Shown here one piece after another: positions 50,820-63,530 of a DNA stretch of 64,000 nt. Under the pieces are notes generated by a model. That model was not told the DNA's origin, did no database searches, and saw only the letters and a list, made by a program, of their open reading frames with translations. Positions within the stretch are counted from its first letter, which is position 1. Each line of letters starts with the position of its first letter. Source of the DNA: Gracilinanus agilis (Eukaryota); the NCBI RefSeq assembly GCF_016433145.1, contig NC_058132.1, positions 284,991,187-285,055,186 of the forward strand, read 5' to 3'. The position numbers and the translations under genes were made by a program.

Positions 50820-51404
50820 CAGGTATCCCTTCCATACTTTGGAAGTTGAAGGTGTGATACCCTGCCATCTGGAAAATCTACATAAAAATTTTTTGATCAC
50901 ATCGACCTGTCATGTGAGAGATTGCTATATATATGCTTGACCTCCCCAAACCAGTGCATAGGAGGAGAATCCTTTTACTATAAATTTTAATTTTAAGATA
51001 ATAAATTCTTTAGCTCTTCATTTATGTTATTAAACAGTAAAATACATACTCATAACAATACATGCATTTTATAATTTATGAATTACTAAACTTTCTAGAT
51101 AGTCATACATTTCTAGTTTTTGCATGTCATCTATTGGATTTTGCATTGTTTTTCCCAAACTGATTTTTTTACTTATTTTAATATTAAAAATTAAATATAT
51201 TTATAACACTAAAAGATAAAACATGTTGATGTTATACGATTGTCTAAATATATTTCTTGTACTTATTCTTTGTCATCTGCTGAACTTTGCATGCCATCTG
51301 CAGCTTCCACGAACTTTCCCAAAGATTCCCATTTTATTTCTTACGTTGACCTGCAATATATCGAATCAAGAATGTGGAGAATCATGATGTGGAAAGGATA
51401 TTTG
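50820..51404. mobile_element. Tc1/mariner (Tigger/pogo-like) non-autonomous element
   Basis: Imperfect TIRs CAGGTATCCCTTCCA / TGGAAAGGATATTTG (12/15 as reverse complement); TA follows the right end; AT-rich interior. Confidence 0.6.
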
Positions 51405-51959
51405 TATATTCAATACCACTAATAATCCAAAAGAACCCAAGAAATGTTTGCCAGAAAAGACCTTGCCTCATTCCCAAATAGACTTTTCAAAAAAAGGGCA
51501 ATTCAAGTTTTCTATAAGGTTTATTTGTAAAACATTATGAAGAATATCTTAGAAGATTCCAAGTAATATTGTCTTATAAAACCACAAAAGAGAAAGAGAA
51601 ATTTGTATGAGGCAAAATGAAGAAAGATTACCTCAAAATTTATACATGTACCTAGTAGAAGAATCAGCCAACTAAAACTGAATATAACTAAGAACTTTTT
51701 AAATTTATTTATTTGTTTGTTACATTAAAATACCTAGGTTACTCCCTCCTCAACTCCCACTATGGAAAGCATATTTTGACAAGAAAATATGTGTATATAT
51801 AAAACTACAATTTGTTTATTCCCATTTTCCCATCCAACTCCTCCGATGGATAGGGAAAAATACATGTGTGTGTAACATATGTGTAATAAGTAAAGTTATA
51901 TATGTATATGTAATATACATATGTAATATACATATATACAAATTATACACGTTATATTA

Positions 51960-52140
51960 TTTTATCCTTTAGGTAATCCTGAGAGCTAGGTGATATTATT
52001 TTCTTCTCTGGAGAATCTCTTCTGGAGAAACTCCAGAAAATAAGAGGTTAAATGACCATAAGAGTGATACACCAAGTGTCTAAATCCAGATTTGAACTCA
52101 GGATTTCTTACTCCAAGTCCAGAACTCTTTCCAGATCTAG
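51960..52140 (-). mobile_element. MIR SINE
   Basis: GAGGTTAAATGACC..GATTTGAACTCAGGATTTCTTACTCCAAGTCCAG antisense. Confidence 0.75.
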
Positions 52141-53819
52141 CTAGTTAAAGAGCATTTACAAGTTGAGAGAAATGTTTTAAATTATTCTTATTGATTTAAG
52201 TGCATGATAAAGTCAACTCTGGCAATTATTTTATTTTCTTTGATAACAGGCTAGCCATTCTTTTTTCTCCTTTATACTTCTTACTTATATTTCTACATGT
52301 TTATTGTTGTATATATGTATGAATGATTATGTCTATATGTGTGTAGGTGTGTGAATACTCATGGACAAATATAGAAACTGATGTATATCAAAAAGCACTC
52401 TTGTGAACATTTTTACATGTTTTGTGTCTAGCTATAAATATACCCATACATGCATAGAAATACATATTTAAAACATTTTCTTAAGATGTCTTATGATTTC
52501 ATAAATTAAAAATCTATAATACTCAGATCTATGCTTCATCTAACCTGAATTTTTGAAGGCCATATCAAAGAGTACATACTTAGTGAGAAAAGTCCAAGTA
52601 CCTGAATATACACCTCCATACATTTACACACAAACATATACATGTATGCTGATAACTATGGCCAAAGAATTCATGACCTAGTGAGCTATTGTATGACACA
52701 GCAACGACAAACCTATCTGTGCTTAGGAAGCATATATAATCTCTTTCTTGGGCCATATAAAAAGTATTTCTAACTTTGCAGAGCATTTACTATAGTCTAA
52801 TGTTCAAATAATAATACCACATGCTTCTAAGGAATCTATTCAATGTGACACTCAAAAAATAATATTTCCCTATTTGTTCTAATATGACCCAACTTGTTAA
52901 AGTTCACATACATAGTAGTTGGTTGAGGCAAGATTAAAACCCAGCCTCTGAATCTAATATTACCTCACTTGCCACTGTACATTGCAGGGTGGCCATCAGG
53001 AGTGGATATTTTTTGGACCATGATAAAAGGTGCAAAAAGAAACAAAAATTTAAAGTTATCCTTAGTGTTCTGCATTTCCCTAGTATTCTTCCAAAGATTT
53101 TTAGCCAAGTGGTGGAAAATGAAGCAATGATAGATAATAGAGGAGGGATAATGTAAGAAAAAAAATTGAATTCTAGATTCATAAAGTGAATTAAAATTTT
53201 AAATTTAAATTTAAATTTCAAACAATTCATTGCTGGAATAATTTCTAATAAATTTAGGATGTTTCAGTGCTCTAAGATTATACTCATAATTTTCACCATG
53301 TGTCATAAAATTAAGGAATCTGTTAGAATAGATAACCTCAATGGTTATCTAGCCAGACTTTTGTCTAACTAATTATCCACCCCCACAACATAGCAAATGA
53401 AAGGTGATCCAGTTTTTGATTTGAAGACTTCAGTGAATGAGATCATCATTATATCATGAGCATATAGATAAAGAAGAGAACTATTTAAGGATGATATATC
53501 TTATGGAAGCCTATTCCACTTTTGAATGTCAAAGGACAGGATTAATTAATCAATCAATGTAAATAAATTGAATGTTTTTTAGGGGGAGGAGGGGAATGGA
53601 AATTTGATTTTTCTTCCCCTGACCCTTTTTAATTTTTTCCCTTCAGCCATTACTTCAATAGATATCTTGATTTAGAAGTATGATCTTCTAGGTATATGTT
53701 AACTGACACCAAATACCACCAAAACACTGCTTTCATTTAAGAAGTATTTTAGATTTAGGTCAGACTATTAAGTCTGTTCAATGAATAAGATCAAAATAGT
53801 GGGAAAAAGCATGCAATTG

Positions 53820-54040
53820 GGAGTTGAAAGGAACAATGTTCAAATAAACCTCTGATGAAGAAACTATATGCTAGTGGGCACATACCTCAAACCTTCTTCT
53901 TTACTCTCATTTTCCTCATCCTTAAAAGAGGACAAGATGATTAGCTTCCTGACAGTGTTGATGTAATGTTCACATGAGGCAATATCACTGAAGAAGGTGG
54001 CAAAATTTGAAATACTACATAAGTGTTAGCTATGATTATT
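53820..54040 (+). mobile_element. MIR SINE (decayed)
   Basis: CTCATTTTCCTCATCCTTAAAA..TTCACATGAGGCAATA..TACATAAGTGTTAGCTAT. Confidence 0.6.
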
Positions 54041-54704
54041 AATTTATTTGGACAATTTGTGTCTGCTTCCTTCCCTCTCTGATATCGTGTTTGCTAACCC
54101 TACTGTACTTTAGACTTGGATCATCATCTAGGAGGAAAATGAAAAGTCAGCCTTAGAAGCCAAGAAGTATCTTGATTTCAAATAAATAAACAAACAAACA
54201 AATAAATAATGAATAGATAGATAGATAAATGAATGAACGAGTATGTAAACCAGCAAATGAATAAATTAAAAAGAACAGATAAATGAATAACTACAAAACT
54301 AAGTAATATGTATAAGCACATAATTAAAAATATTTGGTAATCTATTTGAAAACTCTTTAATGAAAAAGATGGCAAGTGAATTCCGTTTTAATATAGAAGC
54401 CACTTCAACTATTAATCATGATTATACAATATTCCCAGCCCGGCAGTATATCATTTAACTTCCCAAAACCAGTGGAAGTGACAGCACACTTAAAAACAAA
54501 AACAAAAACAAAACAATAAGGATGGCAGATAATAACCTATTCTGTGGAAGAATTTAAATTACTAATCAAATATCTGCATCCCGTTTAATTTGTTATGGTC
54601 TCGATCTTATATATTCTTTTGGCTTTTTAATAAATACACTTGCCCATAATGAAAATAAACCTGCTGAAGCCTCCGTGGTCTGAGACAAGCTATAACACAT
54701 TTCT

Positions 54705-54844
54705 NNNNNNNNNNNNNNNNNNNNNNNNNNNNNNNNNNNNNNNNNNNNNNNNNNNNNNNNNNNNNNNNNNNNNNNNNNNNNNNNNNNNNNNNNNNNNNNN
54801 NNNNNNNNNNNNNNNNNNNNNNNNNNNNNNNNNNNNNNNNNNNN
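54705..54844. other. Assembly gap (140 N)
   Basis: Run of N. Confidence 1.
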
Positions 54845-55530
54845 GCACTCGGAATTCCTGAGTGGCTAACTCCGGAGCAAAACCCGCAGCAACCCAACAA
54901 CAACAACAACAAAAAACTTTATTGTCAAATGCACCCAAACAAACAAACAAACGCTAAAGGGCTGTCATGTTAGTAATACACCTACCCATAAATCATATGG
55001 ATTTTAATCATACCTGCCACCTTAGCTGGCTTATCCCTAGAGAAATTGTTTTTCTTTTGGCTCCCTCCTTCATTCGCTTTCAATTATCTGGAAGCTGTTT
55101 CCCGTGTTTATTTATTTATCTAAAGTTCACATACAGTATGCAAGCACAAATGTTCTCTGGGGGTCTGGGACCAGGCAGATCATACAAGGATGCGGTGGAG
55201 CGTGGCAGCTAACAGCTCAGATGAATGTACTTAGTCTCAAAAAACCTGCTCTGGACCATGATGACAAGGAAAGAGGAGGACAGAAAGTAATTAGTGTGTG
55301 TACAATGATTGATTATGGCTTAATATTCAGGCATTTCACCTTTGGACTGCTTATAGGTAGGCATGCGGGATGAAGAACTGAAAGTCCGCCTGGTTTCTGA
55401 TAAGGAAGAATTAGAAAAAAACAACAAAACTCCACTTTTTTCATTCCTTTAATCAAATGATTTTGCTTCTGTCCGGCTTGACTGAAGTTTGTCCACTTTT
55501 GAATTCATATATTTGATCCACCGATTGCAC
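54845..55530. promoter_or_regulatory. Candidate regulatory element (CpG-retaining, repeat-free block)
   Basis: About 12 CpGs in ~690 bp against a strongly CpG-depleted background; CTGTCA (54962) and CCATAAATCA (54986) TALE/HOX-type motifs; CTGATAAG GATA motif ~55396. Confidence 0.4.
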
Positions 55531-56339
55531 TTTCCCAGTTTCTGGGATTCCAAACATGAAGATAAACATGTCAGACATTTTTCTTTGTTGGTAAGGAGTA
55601 GTGCAAGGAGAGCTGTAATTGTACATTCTTGTTCTAAGTTGTCTCACTCCCATGTCCAACTTCAGAAAATAACACCAATTTGGCTACTCAAGTAGATGAA
55701 CTGCCAGTGACCTTTTCTCAGTTCTGAGAGGTGAAAGAGTAACCCAAATTCATCATGATGTGCATATCCTTTAGACACTTGGAAATCATCATTTTCCTCA
55801 GACAGGACTGAGCAAAAAAATAGATGCTGTAGAGAGAAGAGTTCAATAGAAATCTTACACTTTATTTATATCTGTCAGATTAAATGGTTTTTTGATACTC
55901 TGTGTGTGAGAGGGAGTATAAGTCATGATTGCCTTTTTATGCACATTCTGATCTATACTTGCTTTGCGGGGTATTAGCTCTACCTCTAAATGTGTTCTGT
56001 TTGGAACACCCATAGAAATTAAAAGGATCACATAGAGTTTGACATTTTGCAAAATGAAAGAATAATGGATGCACCATATTGTTTTTTCCTTTTAATAAAA
56101 ATGTCTGAGTGACCCTTGGGAAGCTTGTTTGGAATTATAGTTTAGAAGTTAGGCACTTTTTTTGTCCTTTTCTTCTAATGTCACAAGTAGATTTATTCAA
56201 ATTTCTATATGATGTTCATATTTGTGGGCATATAGGGATTTCAACAATGCACTATTGCTGATAATTTATAGTCTAACAATTAGTAAAATGAAAGGACACA
56301 TTGCAACTATTCTCAGGAATAAGTTGACAAAAATCAGCA

Positions 56340-56530
56340 ATGGACTAGTAAACTAGAAAAGAAAATTGTAGTTAGAATCAGAGAAAGTAGGTTCAAATCT
56401 AAGAATTGCCATTTACTGTTGCAACCTAGGGCTAGCTATCACATGTCCTTGGGATTCACTTTTTTCACATTTAGAATTAGAAAGTTGTACTAGATGACCT
56501 GTATGGATCTAGATGTAATTCTGTAATTCC
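56340..56530 (+). mobile_element. MIR SINE
   Basis: TTAGAATCAGAGAAAGTAGGTTCAAATC..GAAAGTTGTACTAGATGACC. Confidence 0.7.
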
Positions 56531-56959
56531 AAAGTCATATTCAGATGTGCAGATAACAATATTTCGGTGATTCTATATGTAATTCCCATAGTTGCTAATG
56601 CATCCTCTAATTTTTCTTGTTATTTTTCAGTCATACCCTACTCTCCCTGACTCCATTTGAGGTTGCCACCTGAGATCTTATCTTCTTTAAATATCTTAAA
56701 ATAGATATTATATAAGTATCAGTAATATAAAATTATGGAATTTTCAATATGCAAAGGGCCTTTAAAGATCAAGATCTCATTTTAACACAGACACAGAAAC
56801 TTTAAAGCAAAGGTCAGAAGACCATTTAAAAATGAAGGGCTTCCTGACTTGCTGACTGTCTTTTCTAACTAGTGCTACAACAACTCCCACCAAAAAAATA
56901 AAAATAAAAACAAATTTTCATGCCATGAAAATATTCATTTCAACTACTAAATATTGAGA

Positions 56960-57140
56960 ACAGAGCCATAGAAAGTCAGAGTTTAAAGGAACCTTAGAAA
57001 TAATGTTCTCTAATCCCCTCATTTTACAGATCTCAGAGAGACCAAATGACTTACCTTCAGTTAGGATGTTAATTAAGGGAAGGTCTGAGAATAGAACCCA
57101 ACTCTCCTGCTGCCAGTCTAGTATATTATTCTCAAATCAT
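56960..57140 (-). mobile_element. MIR SINE
   Basis: TCAGAGTTTAAAGGAACCTTAG..CCCCTCATTTTACAGAT..AATAGAACCCAACTCTCCTG antisense. Confidence 0.8.
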
Positions 57141-57145
57141 TCTGC

Positions 57146-57455
57146 NNNNNNNNNNNNNNNNNNNNNNNNNNNNNNNNNNNNNNNNNNNNNNNNNNNNNNN
57201 NNNNNNNNNNNNNNNNNNNNNNNNNNNNNNNNNNNNNNNNNNNNNNNNNNNNNNNNNNNNNNNNNNNNNNNNNNNNNNNNNNNNNNNNNNNNNNNNNNNN
57301 NNNNNNNNNNNNNNNNNNNNNNNNNNNNNNNNNNNNNNNNNNNNNNNNNNNNNNNNNNNNNNNNNNNNNNNNNNNNNNNNNNNNNNNNNNNNNNNNNNNN
57401 NNNNNNNNNNNNNNNNNNNNNNNNNNNNNNNNNNNNNNNNNNNNNNNNNNNNNNN
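57146..57455. other. Assembly gap (310 N)
   Basis: Run of N. Confidence 1.
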
Positions 57456-57879
57456 ACTTTCTTTCTCTTTCTCTTACTGTACTAATACAAATTGCTTCAC
57501 TTACTGGAATATTTTCCTCTGTAAAATAAGCACGGTAGACTTAATGACTTCTTGTTCCTTCTACCTCTAAATATATATTCCTATAGTATAATAGAATTTC
57601 AAATTAAGTTGAATTAATTTTATTTTGGTTTGTTATATTTCAATAAACTAATAATACATCATGGATAATATTTGGTGAGATTTTCCCGACTTGACTAAAA
57701 CTATGATGTCCTTCCTGTTGAAATTCACTTGAAAATAGTTGAGAAATGAGGAAACTTAGTCTTGCTCATAGAACTACTACTGATTACCTAACTAATCTTG
57801 GACAGCCTCACTTAAATTTTTGTGCCTCAATTTTGTCATATGTAAAATCGCCAATTTAGGCTAAATCAAATTTAACAAA

Positions 57880-58040
57880 TTTTTCTGTCATGATTCCCTT
57901 TGCCTAGTAAAATACATGGACCCCTTCCCAGGATCTTTTTTAAATTCATAATTGAAGGGAATTCTAAATTTAATTTTGTAGGTTAGAAAATAAAGATTTT
58001 TTTTACATTCATATTCAAAGTTCACCTGCAATCTATCCCT
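57880..58040. mobile_element. MER5-like hAT-Charlie MITE remnant
   Basis: CATGGACCCCTTCCCAGGAT..TAGGTTAGAAAATAAAGAT..CAAAGTTCAC pattern recalled from MER5-type elements; TIRs not resolved. Confidence 0.45.
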
Positions 58041-58299
58041 AAGCTTAAAAGATCACTGGACTAAATGACCTCTAAAGCCTTTTTATTCCTAAAATTTTAT
58101 GATCCTCTGACGTTTTAGGTATTTAACTCATGTATTTTATTTCCATCTTTGAATCTATAATGCAGATAATAGATTTCTACATGACCTCTCAGAGCACACT
58201 ATTTCTGAATTCTATTATTTCCATTGTTCTTTCATTTTGTATTTTTTTACATATGTGAGATAACTTGTTGGAGGAAAGTTTTATGAATGAATTTTTCAC

Positions 58300-58495
58300 T
58301 CATTTATTATTATTATTAATTTTATTTTTCCAGATTGCATGTTGATGCAATTTAGAAATCATTTCTGACATTTTGAAATCCATGTTCTCTCTCTCCCATC
58401 TACCCCTCCTACCACTCCAAGAAGGTAAGGAATATGATATAGGTTGCACATATATTATCATAAAATAGATATTTCTATATGTGCCATGTTGTGAA
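58300..58495 (-). mobile_element. Old L1 3' end fragment
   Basis: Antisense homolog of 6300-6482 (TTTATTTTTCCAGATTGCATG..CATTTCTGACATTTTG..CCATGTTCTCTC). Confidence 0.8.
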
Positions 58496-58729
58496 CTCTC
58501 ATTTTTTAATAATCTACAGAAAAATAAGCCCATAAAGTTCTTTTCCTCATTTTCCTTTAGTCAATTGCATAACTATAAATATGTGACCACTTTTAGGCTA
58601 TAGTTTGTGAAAGTCTATCTAATGTAATATAGAAAAATGTATTATAGAAATAAATGTTATTCTTGATAAAGTTTCAGAACTCAACTTCTGAAAATAATAA
58701 GATTAAATGATGTCCTAACTTTCTTTTTC

Positions 58730-60250
58730 CTTTCATGGCCACCTAAGAAGGTTGTCTACAGTCATAACTCCACTTCTTTTACTCTTCTAATATCTCTGTA
58801 GTTTGACTTCAGATCTCATAATTCAATTGAAACTACTCTCTCTAAAGTTATATTTTTTTAATTTGTCAAGTTTAATGACCTCTCAATTTTCATTGACACT
58901 GGTAATCACCCTTTTCTCCTTGACATTCTTTCCTCTCAGTGTTATGGCATTGCTCTTTCCTGGTTCTCTTACTTATCTGAACATTCCTTAGCATTTTCCA
59001 TTGTTTATTCTTCATTGCATGACTATTAAACACAAGTTTCTTCAAATGTTCTCTTCTAGATCCTCTTTTTTTCTCCCTCTCCATACTATTTCACTCTATC
59101 ATCATACCAGCTTTCATGGATCTAATTATCATCTCTTTGCAAAAGATTCTTAAGATCTATTTAATTAGCCCTGACTATTTCTCATACAAATGCTTATATC
59201 TCCAACTGCCTCTTAAACAAGATGATATATAACAATCTTAGTCAAAATGTCCAAATATCAACTCATTATCTTCTCCCTACATCTCTCACTCTTATGAATT
59301 TCCCTATAACTATTAAAGGAATCTCCACCATACTTTTCAGTCAACCAGACTTACCATATGGGTGTCATCATCAATTATGCACTCTCCCTCACCCCACAAA
59401 ACTATCTGTTGGCTTTTGCTATCATGTCAACCTTCATAGAATCTCTCCTATAGGTGTCCTCTTCTCTCTTTGGCAGTCTCACCCTCATTACTTTAGGCTT
59501 AGAAGGTGAGGACAAACCTTTGGCACGTTGCCAAAAAGGGCATACGGAGCCCTCTCTATGGACATGTCTGCCATCTCCTGCCAGAGTTCGTTACTAGAAA
59601 TCCAGATGGACTCATGGGGGCCTAGACTATTACCAGAACCTTCTAGTTGATGTTTCTGCCTCAAATTACCAGTTTACCTTCATTCAGATTCCAAAGCAAT
59701 CTTCCTAATGCACAGGCCCAACTATGTCATTCACTAAATTACAGTGGCTCCCTATAGCCTCTAAGATAAAAAATAAAATCCTTTTTGGCTTTCAGAGCCT
59801 TTAAAAACCTGATCCCTTCATTTACCTTTCCAGTGTCCTGATATTTTATCTATATTCATATATTATACAATCTAGTAATATTAGCCTTTTTGTTATTCCT
59901 TATACATGGCACTCCAACCCTAACTCTGCCTTTTCAATTGGCTGTCTTCTACACCTACAATGACATCCCTTTTTAGTTTTACCTCTTAAATTTCCTTGCT
60001 TCCTTCAAAACTTACCTCAAAATCTACCTTCCACAAGAAGAATTTTCTTGTCCCTCAATTCTAGTACTTCTAATACTTCTAATGCAAACTAATAATTCTC
60101 TCTAGTATTATTTCCTATTAACTCTGAATATATTTCATATGTATGTAATTTACATTATCTGTTCCATTAGACTATGAGTTCATTGAGGGCAATGACTGTA
60201 CCTTACTTCATATCACCCTGATTTAGTACATACTAGGTATTCTTCATAGA
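58730..60250 (+). mobile_element. L2 LINE ~1.5-kb 3' portion
   Basis: CTCTCTCTAAAGTTAT..TGACATTCTTTCCTCTC..CAGTGGCTCCCTATAGCCTCTAAGATAAA..AGACTATGAGTTCATTGAGGGCA L2 3' signature. Confidence 0.85.
59504..59618 (+). mobile_element. Left-end fragment of a hAT element inserted in L2
   Basis: AGGTGAGGACAAACCTTTGGCACGTTGCCAAA..GGAGCCCTCTCT resembles the CAGTGATGGCGAACCT-type left end (10/15); flanked by GGCTTAGA / GGCCTAGA; L2 resumes after. Confidence 0.6.
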
Positions 60251-61451
60251 TATTTATTGATTTGAATTGACCAATATTTATTGAGAAATTAGATGATTAA
60301 AAAAACTGAATACACCAATATAGAATATAATAAATATGAAATATACCTCCCACACCAGAAAGATTAAATTATGATCACAGTTATATCATGATCAACGTTT
60401 ATCTTTTCCATCTTATCAATTAATCCATAAGAGATTATTAAATGCTTACACTATTACTTAGGCATTGGAGTAGTTAGCTACTCAATGAAGCCAACTAAAA
60501 ATGTATTTTTATTGTAATCTAGTCATCAGGAATGAGTTTTTTCAGATATACTTTAAAGAAAAAACATGGGTTTTTTCTCTTCATATAATTTTTCTTACCT
60601 TTATTATTTCAGATATGAATTTCTGTTTCTTGTGATCTTTTATATGTCTGTTTAAAAAGTGGTAAATTAGAAAGTGAAAATAAATACCTTGCTTGCTCAG
60701 ATGCCAGAAACCTCATCTGTATTTTTATTGCTTTGAGTACTGATATAGAAATTTGAATTTATGAATAATTCTGCAACCTCACACCTGTATTCTGAACTTC
60801 TTGACATTAAAGAAGAAAAAAAAAACCATTTGGTTTCAAGCAGTCAAATCCCAATACACAGTCTTAGTACATATTCACCTTTATCCATTGTAACACTCAA
60901 GAAGTATTCATTTCCTTTAGGCAGCAATTCAGAATTTGAGGCAAAAGACTAAAACTTTCAACTTGGTTTTAATTCTCACATATTACCTGTTTTGGCTTAT
61001 TTACCTACATGCTTGTTCCCACAGAGAAGCTATCTGTTTTGAAAATACAGAGGTTTTTAGATCTATGAATGGTGTCCTTGTCTAGATTAGAGTCCAGGCT
61101 TAGATGGAATGACTGTTATGTGATATTTCTCCCACACACTTTGGAAAAACAGCAACTACCTTGGTCATGTTCAACGCATCAGCCGATGCCTATAGAATAA
61201 GGTAAGATTCCACCTGATTGTTATCTTCTTCTTGAGTCGATTAGAGGATAAGGCTGTTTTACATCTAGAGTCCTTGTGAAATGAAATGGGCTGCAAGGGA
61301 ACAGCCAAAGTGACTGCAGATTCTGTGTACAATGGCCGTATGTTTTTCATTATCTTGTTCTCAGCGAAGAATTCATCCAAAGAATAATCAAATGAAAGTA
61401 ATGTGTAAAACATGTCAAGCCAGACTTGGTTGAATGTGCCACATTTGCTCC

Positions 61452-61453
<2 letters not shown>

Positions 61454-61504
<51 letters not shown>
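61454..61504. repeat. (TG)n microsatellite, ~25 units
   Basis: Directly visible, uninterrupted. Confidence 0.97.
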
Positions 61505-61509
<5 letters not shown>

Positions 61510-63276
61510 TGGGTGGTGGGGAAGAGATTTGGAATAAATAAGGGAAGAAGATGAGAGAGAAGGGAGAGGAATAGAACCAGTGTCAGCTACTCAGCTGTCT
61601 CATTATGTAGCTTCCCACACTAGTGGAAGATGTGAGTAGGCCTGCAGGTGCAAGTATTTGTTGGCCATCTCATGTATTCTTGACGATGGACCGGATGTGT
61701 TTTTCCTTACCCCAGATACTCTTTAAGAATACCGGCAGTGAGATTAGGGGGATTGCATGCACCTGAATCAGCAAATTGAGTCTTATTTGTCTGTTTCTTG
61801 TTTGAAGGACCAGCGAAGTCATGTAGAAAGCAGTAAGATTGTCCTTTTGTTTTTAAAGGTAGAATAATTGCCAATCTAAATACCTGAGTCACTCCACCAT
61901 TGCTACCCCTAGAACAAATAAGTTATTACCACTTTGATTACTCATCACCCAGACACACATTGCTGAATAGTTATCAGAGTCCTTGACACCATCATATCCT
62001 GTAATAAATTCCATTATTGTCTCTTCAACAAGGTATTCACAAAGTTAAATTTAGTTTTCTTGAATAAGCCAGAGATAAAGACAGCTAAACCTTCTGAAAT
62101 GATGACAAATCAGAGTTGAGAGAATACATTTTATTAGAATCACCCAAACTTCCAGGGTTCAAAGTTTCCGATGAAATTTGTATTTTCTGAAGTTGAAGTC
62201 CCATTGACTCTTGGCAAAATGCAACTTCCTGGTTCAAAGAAAAAAAAAGGCTTATAAATTGCTCATAAGGCTTCTTAGACATCAAATAGGTCTTACGAAA
62301 CCACATTTTGATGAGCTAAGTGTAAATGAATCAGAAACACATGGATTAAATTTCCCTTGAAATACACATGGGCTTGAAAATTAAGGGGAAAAGTGTTTAG
62401 CCAAATGTGTTTTGGGTTTTCTTGAACTGAAAACATTTGAAAAAAAAGTGAAGGCATTTTGCTAAACCCCAGCACACCGCCATTTGCCCATTCTTCTCCC
62501 AAATCAATTAACTTCTACTAAGGCATCCTTCATTCCCTTGTGATTAGTCTTGTCACCTCTGTTTTGACTCCCCAATTTCTCTTGAAAACCCAAATGCTGC
62601 TCATCTGCTTAAATAGGAAGCAGCTATTAATACTATCATAGACATAATGATGGAAAAGTACTTATTAGGTCATCCTGCCTATCCCAAGAGTTGAGGTGCA
62701 AGTGCTTACTATTATGTATGTGTTTTCTAATTCATTGTCCAATGCAGTTCTAAATATTTCAAATAAATAGGGCTTCCACCACTTCCCTTAGGGAAATATT
62801 CTGCACTTTAATAGATTTTACCATGAGAACCATTGTCTAAAAGTGTAATAGAGGCATATCAGTGTTCTCAGATAAGTGCCTTCTGCAACATTAGGGATTG
62901 TCCTTGCTTCTTCTCTGCTCACCTCAGAAATCACCTTATTAATTTTAGAATTTTAACACCCAAGGAGGATATATAATATTCATACAAAATACATTTCATT
63001 TTTATTTGAATTCACTAAGTGGTTTATATGAAAGGAGAAAAGCAAAGAAGTACAAAACACCAGGGCATCTTCCTGGACTAACAGAATGATATGAAGGAAA
63101 TGAAGGTAAGATACTTCTAAAGCCTTTGCTACTGTTTTTATTTTCATAACCAAGGCAGTCATGTGACAATCCCATCTCAAGTTTGAGAGAATCACTGGCC
63201 AGAAACTAGTGGCTAAATGTCACCCAGACTTTCAAGTAGAGGATCTGAATGTCTTTAATTGTATTCCACCTTGTTA

Positions 63277-63530
63277 ATAGGGGCAGCTAGGTGGTGCAAT
63301 GGAGAGAGTGCTGTGTCTGAAGTCAGAAAAAATCCTATTCCTAAATTCAAATCTGTCCTCAGAGACTTAATAGCTGTGTGACCCTGAGCAAGTTACTTAA
63401 CCCTGTTTGCCTTAATTTCCTCATCTGTAAAATGGGCTCTAGAAGGAATGGCAAGCCACTTCAGTATCTTCGCCAAGAAAACCTCAAATCGAATTACAAA
63501 GCCAGATAAGACAGAAAATGACAACAAACC
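63277..63530 (+). mobile_element. Mar1-type CORE SINE, full length
   Basis: GGGGCAGCTAGGTGG head, AGCTGTGTGACCCTGAGCAAGTTACTTAACC core, GGAATGGCAAGCCACTTCAGTATCTTCGCCAAGAAAACC RTE-like tail. Confidence 0.9.

Noticed and set aside
53195-53222. (TTTAAA)n self-complementary run
   Set aside because: Short AT simple repeat, common in this genome.
55369-55452. Short frame MRDEELKVRLVSDKEELEKNNK
   Set aside because: Under 30 codons, no donor site, no recognised protein.
10438-57485. ORFs containing long X runs
   Set aside because: Artefacts of translating through N gaps.
62180-62360. Open stretch ..LLRHQIGLTKPHFDELSVNESETHG
   Set aside because: Bounded by stops, no start or splice signals, no recognised homolog.
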